Shown here: positions 58,150 to 64,000 of the stretch, piece by piece
How the letters are laid out: every line of letters starts with the position of its first letter
Numbering within the stretch: position 1 is the stretch's first letter
DNA from: Epithemia pelagica
Lineage: Eukaryota > Protista > Bacillariophyta
Direction of reading: 5' to 3'
Assembly (NCBI GenBank): GCA_946965045.2
Contig: OX337230.1
Location: forward strand, 2,294,001-2,358,000
DNA length: 64,000 nt
Notes under the pieces: generated by a model
What the model was told of the DNA's origin: nothing
The model's input: the letters and a program-made list of their open reading frames with translations, nothing else
The model's database searches: none
Made by a program: the position numbers and the translations under genes

Positions 58150-60458
58150 CCAGCTTGGAGATGCTTGATTGCATCGGTCGATGTGTCCGTGCTTGTTTCA
58201 GGAGTTTTGTAAGTGAGATCTGTCTCTTCACTTTCCATTTCGTCGTAGTTCTCATTGATTGCTGCTGCTGCTGCTGCTGTGATTTCTTTGTCGTACATGT
58301 CCTCGAGAAATCGTTGGGTTGCAGCGTCATTCAATGGATCGAGCGGATCGTCATCATGGTTGTTTGTCATCATGAGATCCATGTCATCCCATTGATCGAA
58401 GTATGTTGGTCCGTTGTTCTTGGATGGCTCGACGACTGGAAAGGTAGGCTCAAACGTTCCAATGGTACTGGTCCCTGATGAGTCTTCCATATCATTCTCA
58501 CTGAACTGTTCTTCTTTAATGTTGGCTGAAGTGACACAATCCGGTGTAACAGCTTGGTGAGTGGTGTTGGAGAAGAGCGAGCTTGAATCTTCATTGGACT
58601 TGGTTTCTTCATACCTTTCTTCTTTGCTTTCTTCGTCTTCTTCAAAGGAGGCCATGAAGGCGCAAAGTTCGTATTCCTCATCAGGTGAGTCGTTACAGTG
58701 GTCGTAATCGTCGTCCTTTGAGTTGTCTTCACAGAACTCATATTCTTCCTTGTCCATTTCTCTGACAATGTCCTTGTCCCAGTAGCGAGAATGGAGGTCG
58801 AGTTCTGCTTTCCAGGCCGTTGCGTCAAACTCAAGAACATGAGCGGATGCTTTATGTTTCTGTTGGTTCTTGTTGTGCTTGGCCATGGATTTGAATCCGA
58901 CAATATGCTCGCTAGTACGATGCGTGGTGTTCCAGATCTTGCAAGTGCCGCACCAGAAATATGTTTGGCCGTCTTTGGTACGTTCATCCGGCTGGCCATC
59001 TGCAGGGGGAACACTTTTCCATTGGTGAGTAGAATCGTTTTTGGGTGTGGAAGAAGGCTTGTCCGTTTTGCCTTTGAACTTGTTGTTGCTCTTGCTCTTT
59101 CCCTTCTCACGAAAACTGTTCTTGCTCTTACCATACGTTTGCATCTGAGGGATGAGGGCATTGGCTTGGTAGCCGATACGGGTCTTGCCACGGCGATTGT
59201 TTGTCACTGTCAGGTTCCCGCCATAAGAAACAGGTAAGGCCTTGCTGTCCTTGTGGGAGCTTTTGGCACTCCATTCGCCTTGCTTGACACTAACAAGGTA
59301 CCGATTGTTGGCGATCTCGGAGACGTGCGTGTACAGGAGCTTGTTGGTGCTCATGTAGGAGTCAGCGACGGAACGATCGAGAAAACGGATGTGTTCTACG
59401 GCGTCTTTGACTTTCTTGTTGAGAATCAAGAGGTCAAATTTTGGAGTTTCCGGCCATTCAGTGGTGAGGATGTTCTTGAGGAGATTCGCGGTGAGGGTGT
59501 GGTCATAAAGACCAGCAGCCGAAAGAGGACGTGCCTTGTTTGCAAAATCAGTGGTAAGTGCGGTAATGTCGTGTCCTGAGTACTGTTGTGGTACCAGACT
59601 GCGCATCTCACCCTTTACCAACTCCCAATGTTCGATGGAGTCGTCCGTAATGATGCGGACGATTACCATAAAGAGGACGGGAAACGAGTTCGCAGAGCGG
59701 GATTGGTCCTCTACTTCGCGACGAAAGGTTTTCTCGAGAGAATCGAGTAAGTAGTCCTGAGCCGCTGCGTCATTGTTCTGATCGTACTTATCATATTTTT
59801 GGATCTGCACTGCCATCAGGTCCTGGACGCGCTCGTTGGTGAAACGAGGATGCTCCGTGATGATGTTGATCATCGATGTGGAGTTCTTGATGTCAGGTAA
59901 GTACACAATCGTGTCCATCCCATGTTTGACAAAGTGCCGATTGAGCTCATCCTGCAATCGCGAGAAATCGCCTTTCTTCTTGTCAAACTTGTCAATAGGT
60001 CCACTTACGCGGTCGATGTACCGCTTGTCTGTTAAGGTACGTAACTGGAGACTCCTGAGAGGTTCCGTCTTGGCTGAGTCATCTAACTTGGACCAGTCAT
60101 GTTTCGGTTTTCCTCCAGTCCAAACGACGTACTCGTCACGTCGGGACTGCACCAGTCCGCCCATGATGGGCTTGTCTGGCATGAAAACGTCCGTGTTTTC
60201 TTGTGGATCGTCGTTTGCTGCCATGATTCGTTGATGTCTCCTCCTGGATCTCGATACACCAATCAACGGTCTTGTCCGATGTGGCAGTTCGCGTTGGGTC
60301 GGTCTCAGGTGGAACAATTTGCAATGGTCGAGCGGTCTCTTGCTGGGATTCGGATGGGCGTTTGGATCGGCAGTTGGATCACTGTTCGGTGCTTCTAGAG
60401 GGTCGACGGTCTCTTGCTGGGGATCTGGATTGGAGTTGGTATCACTGTCCGAATTCAA
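58150..60458 (-). CDS. Copia Gag (diatom CoDi-type) plus acidic linker
   Basis: VWTGGKPKHDWS, HFVKHGMDTIVYLPD, knuckle YFWCGTCKIWNTTHRTSEH. The reading frame shifts near 58150-58200. Confidence 0.75.
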
Positions 60459-60700
60459 CCAGTCGAAGCTTCCAAGTCCACTTGAGGTCGGGGAGATGTC
60501 GTCCGCCGTTGTGGATTCTTGGTTGGGGCCTTGATTGGCTCCAGTAGTATTTGCGCGCTTTGGATACTTGGTAGGGACGACTCAGTGGTAGTCCTCCAAG
60601 GTAGTTAACTTCTTGATAAATCGATCGATAGAGAGAATAGCGTATGGTTTATCAGCCTTGATTTGGGCTCAGCAACCACTTAGGATATCTGCTAGCTAGG

Positions 60701-61360
60701 TGTGATAAGGACTTGATAATCGGGGTTAGTTCAGTTGGGTAGCAATGTTAGTCAACCTATCACGTTGGATCGACGATGGGGCCCTCACCTTCGGTCTACG
60801 ATATAGGTTGACTCCTTTTGTAGACAACAGTTGCTTGCAACTTTTGTGTTTTAGAAAAGAGTGAGATTAATCTACATGAAAGTGATTTTCAGGTCTGATC
60901 GATCTTTGATCTCAAGGAGAACTTAGCCGCTCCATTTCTCTCTTGGAGAATAGTTCTTCCTTGTTCTTTTTGTTCTTCATGATTAGATGAGAGTATTCAC
61001 CTCTCCTGATTGTTTGGGCCTTATGAATGTTCTTTCTAGAAGGTACTTACCTTTGGAACAGGCCTGCTAGATCATCTGGAGATCGATCGGTATCTTTGTG
61101 TAATTCTCAATTTGAGAGAGAGCATATTACGACTAGAGGTATCGTCCAACTTGCGTTCGTATGAACGGATGTGTAGGCTCGCGACTTGCATTGTGCATGT
61201 ATATGAATAATTAGTACATGAATCTTCCTGGACTGCTGGGCGTAGTTACTATTCAGCTAAATCCATCTGTTGTTCTTCCGTTCAACTGCAACACGAGCGT
61301 CTGTCTTACTTCAGGACAGCTGCTTTCCTCTATGTCGTAGCTACGTCATACTATGTCACA
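60701..61360 (-). repeat. Candidate 5' LTR of the copia element
   Basis: TGTGA...TCACA termini upstream of gag. It cannot be confirmed because the 3' LTR is missing and no canonical PBS was seen. Confidence 0.35.
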
Positions 61361-61422
61361 CCTAGATCTAATGGTGCTAGATGTGCTATGTTGTAACTAA
61401 GCCCACTCTTACATACGCTCCA

Positions 61423-62368
61423 ATGGAGGTTGGAGCGCAGCAACAGTATCTCCAAGGCAATCTTAGCGGACTCCAGCAAGCGAAAGTTTCAGGCTCGCAG
61501 AATATCGGTCCCTCATTCCAGCACCAAGCCCACGTTATCCCCTCAGTCTCGAGCTTTGGAGCACCTGGAGCTCTCTTAGCTCCTGGTTCAGCGTTGACAG
61601 CGCTTCCGGCTTCCGTACAACCAAGCCACGGCCATAACTGCTTCCGGGCAGAATCTTTCTCGCTCTCATTTTCTTCCGGCTACGATGCAACAGCCTGCAG
61701 TAGCTCCTCAAACTTACCCAGTAATTGCCGGACCGATGTTCAATAACCAGTCATTGATGGCGGCTTCTCATCAAGGACTAGTTGCGCCACATGTCGGTCT
61801 TCTAAACCTTAACCAGCAAGGACTCTCTGTAAGCCAGATGCTGGGATATTCCTCCGTGGACGGATTCCCCGTGTGTTTGCCACAAGTGCTTGGCCGTCCC
61901 GATGATGCTCCTAATTTGACGAACCATTAAATGCTTTCGCGTCTTCAAATCGAAGTATTTGAAGCCACAGAAGATGATTCGAATACTCATACACGTGGAA
62001 GGAACAAACCTGTCATGACCGGACAGGTGGGTGTCCGCTGCAAGCATTGTAAACATCTTCCAGTGCTCCAACGTCAGAAAGGGTCAACCTATTTCCCGAA
62101 TTCCTTAATGGGAATCTATCAGGCTGCACAGAACATGAACACGGTGCACATGCAGTGTGGACTGTGTACGGAAATGCCGGATGAAGTGAAGTGTCAGCTC
62201 ATCTATAGCATGTGCAACACCAAGGTTCACCAGTCTGGAGCTGGCCGTCATTATTGGGCGCGTTCTGCCAAGAAATAAGGTTTGGTCGATACGGATAAGG
62301 ATGGTATACGCTTCATTCGCAATTTGCCACAAACAGCAAAGGTGGTGGAGACTCCCCCGCCGTCCTAA
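61423..62368 (+). pseudogene. Pseudogene of a diatom-type lineage-specific Cys/His domain protein
   Basis: LSRLQIEVFEAT..GRNKPV..GQVGVRCKHC..YFPNSLMGIYQAAQNM..H..C..GAGRHYW..GLVDT..GIRF. In-frame TAA at 61928-61930 and 62276-62278, plus an upstream frameshift. Confidence 0.7.
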
Positions 62369-64000
62369 CAACGTCAGGAAGATTTTCTTTTCATTCCTTT
62401 GGGTTTTTCGCTGCTTCCAGGTTGTTTTGACAAATACAGGTGTCATCGTAGTCATCTATATTCACTCTTCTATCTATGACTACTCCTCTATAGTCCACCT
62501 AACATTTGGAGTTGGACAGGGTCGTTTCTATTTTGGTTCATGGTAGACTGGAACCATCATGGTTTTGGTCGATGCATACCAGGAACCAGGACAGACGACC
62601 GTCCCAGTCCCTTCGCTACGAGTAGGGTACTCGTAGTCCAGCTAGGCTCCAGACTCCAGACTCCAGACCCCCACGAACAGCTGAAACGGTTTGTTCTGTG
62701 TCGAGTTCTCGCCACCACATACCACATCCCACAAACCGCCTCTCAATCTCACGCACTGTTCCCTCGGTATCAGTGTCCACTGCTTAGCTGTTTTTTGTCT
62801 GTGCCACCTTCATAGGTTCCCAGGTGGACACAGACAGAAAATTTCCTTTTTGACGCAAATGGAAATGACTAAATTGCAAATTGGCACGCATACCCAGCTG
62901 GAGTTTTCGCAGTTCATGAAGCTGACGCATGCCCAGCAAGCGGCCCTGCGTGTATGACGGTTACAGAATGCGCCATCCAAATTCCAAATCCCCCATAAAA
63001 TCACACAAAGGCCATCACCCACAATGGCATGGCATGAGTTGTCGCCTTTCATGCAGTTGAGGTAAGTTTGAACGTACAAAAATGTCTCCATGACAACATC
63101 AGCTTTTGAACTGTCATTCTAACTTCTCCCTCACACTTGTATTCGTTTTTCTCTTCTGATATTCAACATTCGACAACTGTCTCTCTCTCTGTCCACTTCA
63201 TTGAGAGTGAATGTTTGTGCCTATGGAATGTCAATTCTCCATTCGAGCCTCGGCTTAAAATTGGAGACCACATAGAGCTTCTTTCTTTGTATACTACTCC
63301 TAGGAGTTTCTATCAGAAGTTTATTTCCTATCTTATTGATTTTGTAAGATCGTGCGTGTTATTGCCGTGCTTTCAACCACCATGACACTCTGGTGAAGGT
63401 TTGGGGCCATCTTGAAGCAACTGATCGACTCTGTGATCTACGAAGACTAGTTTGAGTAGGCCTAGTGGCAACAAGCTGCCTTAGTTTGTTGTCATCTCTA
63501 GGTCTATGTACTTGAGTATCCGACACACAAAGAAAGGTTCTTGATCTGTGATTGACATGGTGATGGACTAAGCGAAGCACAATGATGAGAGTAAAAATCC
63601 ATGCTACAACGATAAGAACACAACCAACATTCAAGGAGCACTACGATTAGAGCAAGGAAAAGTTGTGGCAAACGGCCTACAATGACTTGTCCTCCGTTTG
63701 ATTGCGACAAAATCAAAGGAGCACCAACCATCAGCATTAACAGGGACAAAGATTAATGAGATAACGTGTGAGAAAACTACGCAGGACATGAAAGAAGCTA
63801 AGAGACAAACAACAAGCAACAAGAGAGAAAAACCAACCAAAATACTGCTTCAGGTCGCAAGGCTTCATAAAGAGCTCGCTTCATGGTCAATGTCAAATGT
63901 CGATGCTTTTGACACCGCGTGAGATTTTTGTGACGAGACGAGAGTCGTGTGAAAGGATTCCAAATTTGAATCGTGGTCACGGTCACAGGAAGATGCTAAC

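Larger units (their letters stand above)
53315..61360 (-). mobile_element. Ty1/copia (CoDi-like) LTR retrotransposon, 3'-truncated within RT
   Basis: Order is gag, PR, INT, RT. No RNase H and no 3' LTR. RT homology stops at about 53315. Confidence 0.88.

Noticed and set aside
58100-58200. Programmed -1 gag-pol frameshift in the copia element
   Set aside because: No canonical X XXY YYZ slippery site was found. The element has a second frameshift near 54550 and a dead RT, so mutation is more parsimonious.
62540-64000. Short ORFs at the right end of the window
   Set aside because: No recognisable domains; frequent stops suggest degraded repeat or intergenic DNA.

Overview
Eukaryotic nuclear DNA, most likely from a diatom (short GT-AG introns, a diatom-type lineage-specific domain near 62 kb, CoDi-like copia; inferred, not database-checked). 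Bases 1-29.4 kb are a compact gene block: ADAT2/TAD2, RPL30, two inverted aldo-keto reductase paralogs, an ER cyclophilin, E(z)/EZH, a GIGYF-like GYF protein, a Kelch protein, a Ysc84/SYLF multidomain protein, glutaminyl cyclase, a DTW protein and SMC5. Bases 30.4-61.4 kb are a nest of transposable elements. The best find is a structurally complete 7.6-kb AcademH-like DNA transposon (30419-38016). It has 21-bp TIRs and a perfect 9-bp TSD, and encodes a RecQ-like SF2 helicase convergent with a ~1670-codon Academ-type transposase carrying one frameshift. A non-autonomous relative with the same termini and a perfect 10-bp TSD lies at 42618-44209. I know AcademH only from animals and fungi, so a diatom family may be undescribed. 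The nest also holds a 1.54-kb nested palindromic foldback element, TA-flanked MITEs, an internally deleted Ty3/gypsy, a hAT inserted in its 3' LTR, and a 3'-truncated Ty1/copia with a long hydrophobic gag-protease spacer. Family assignments come from motif recognition by eye; no searches were run.
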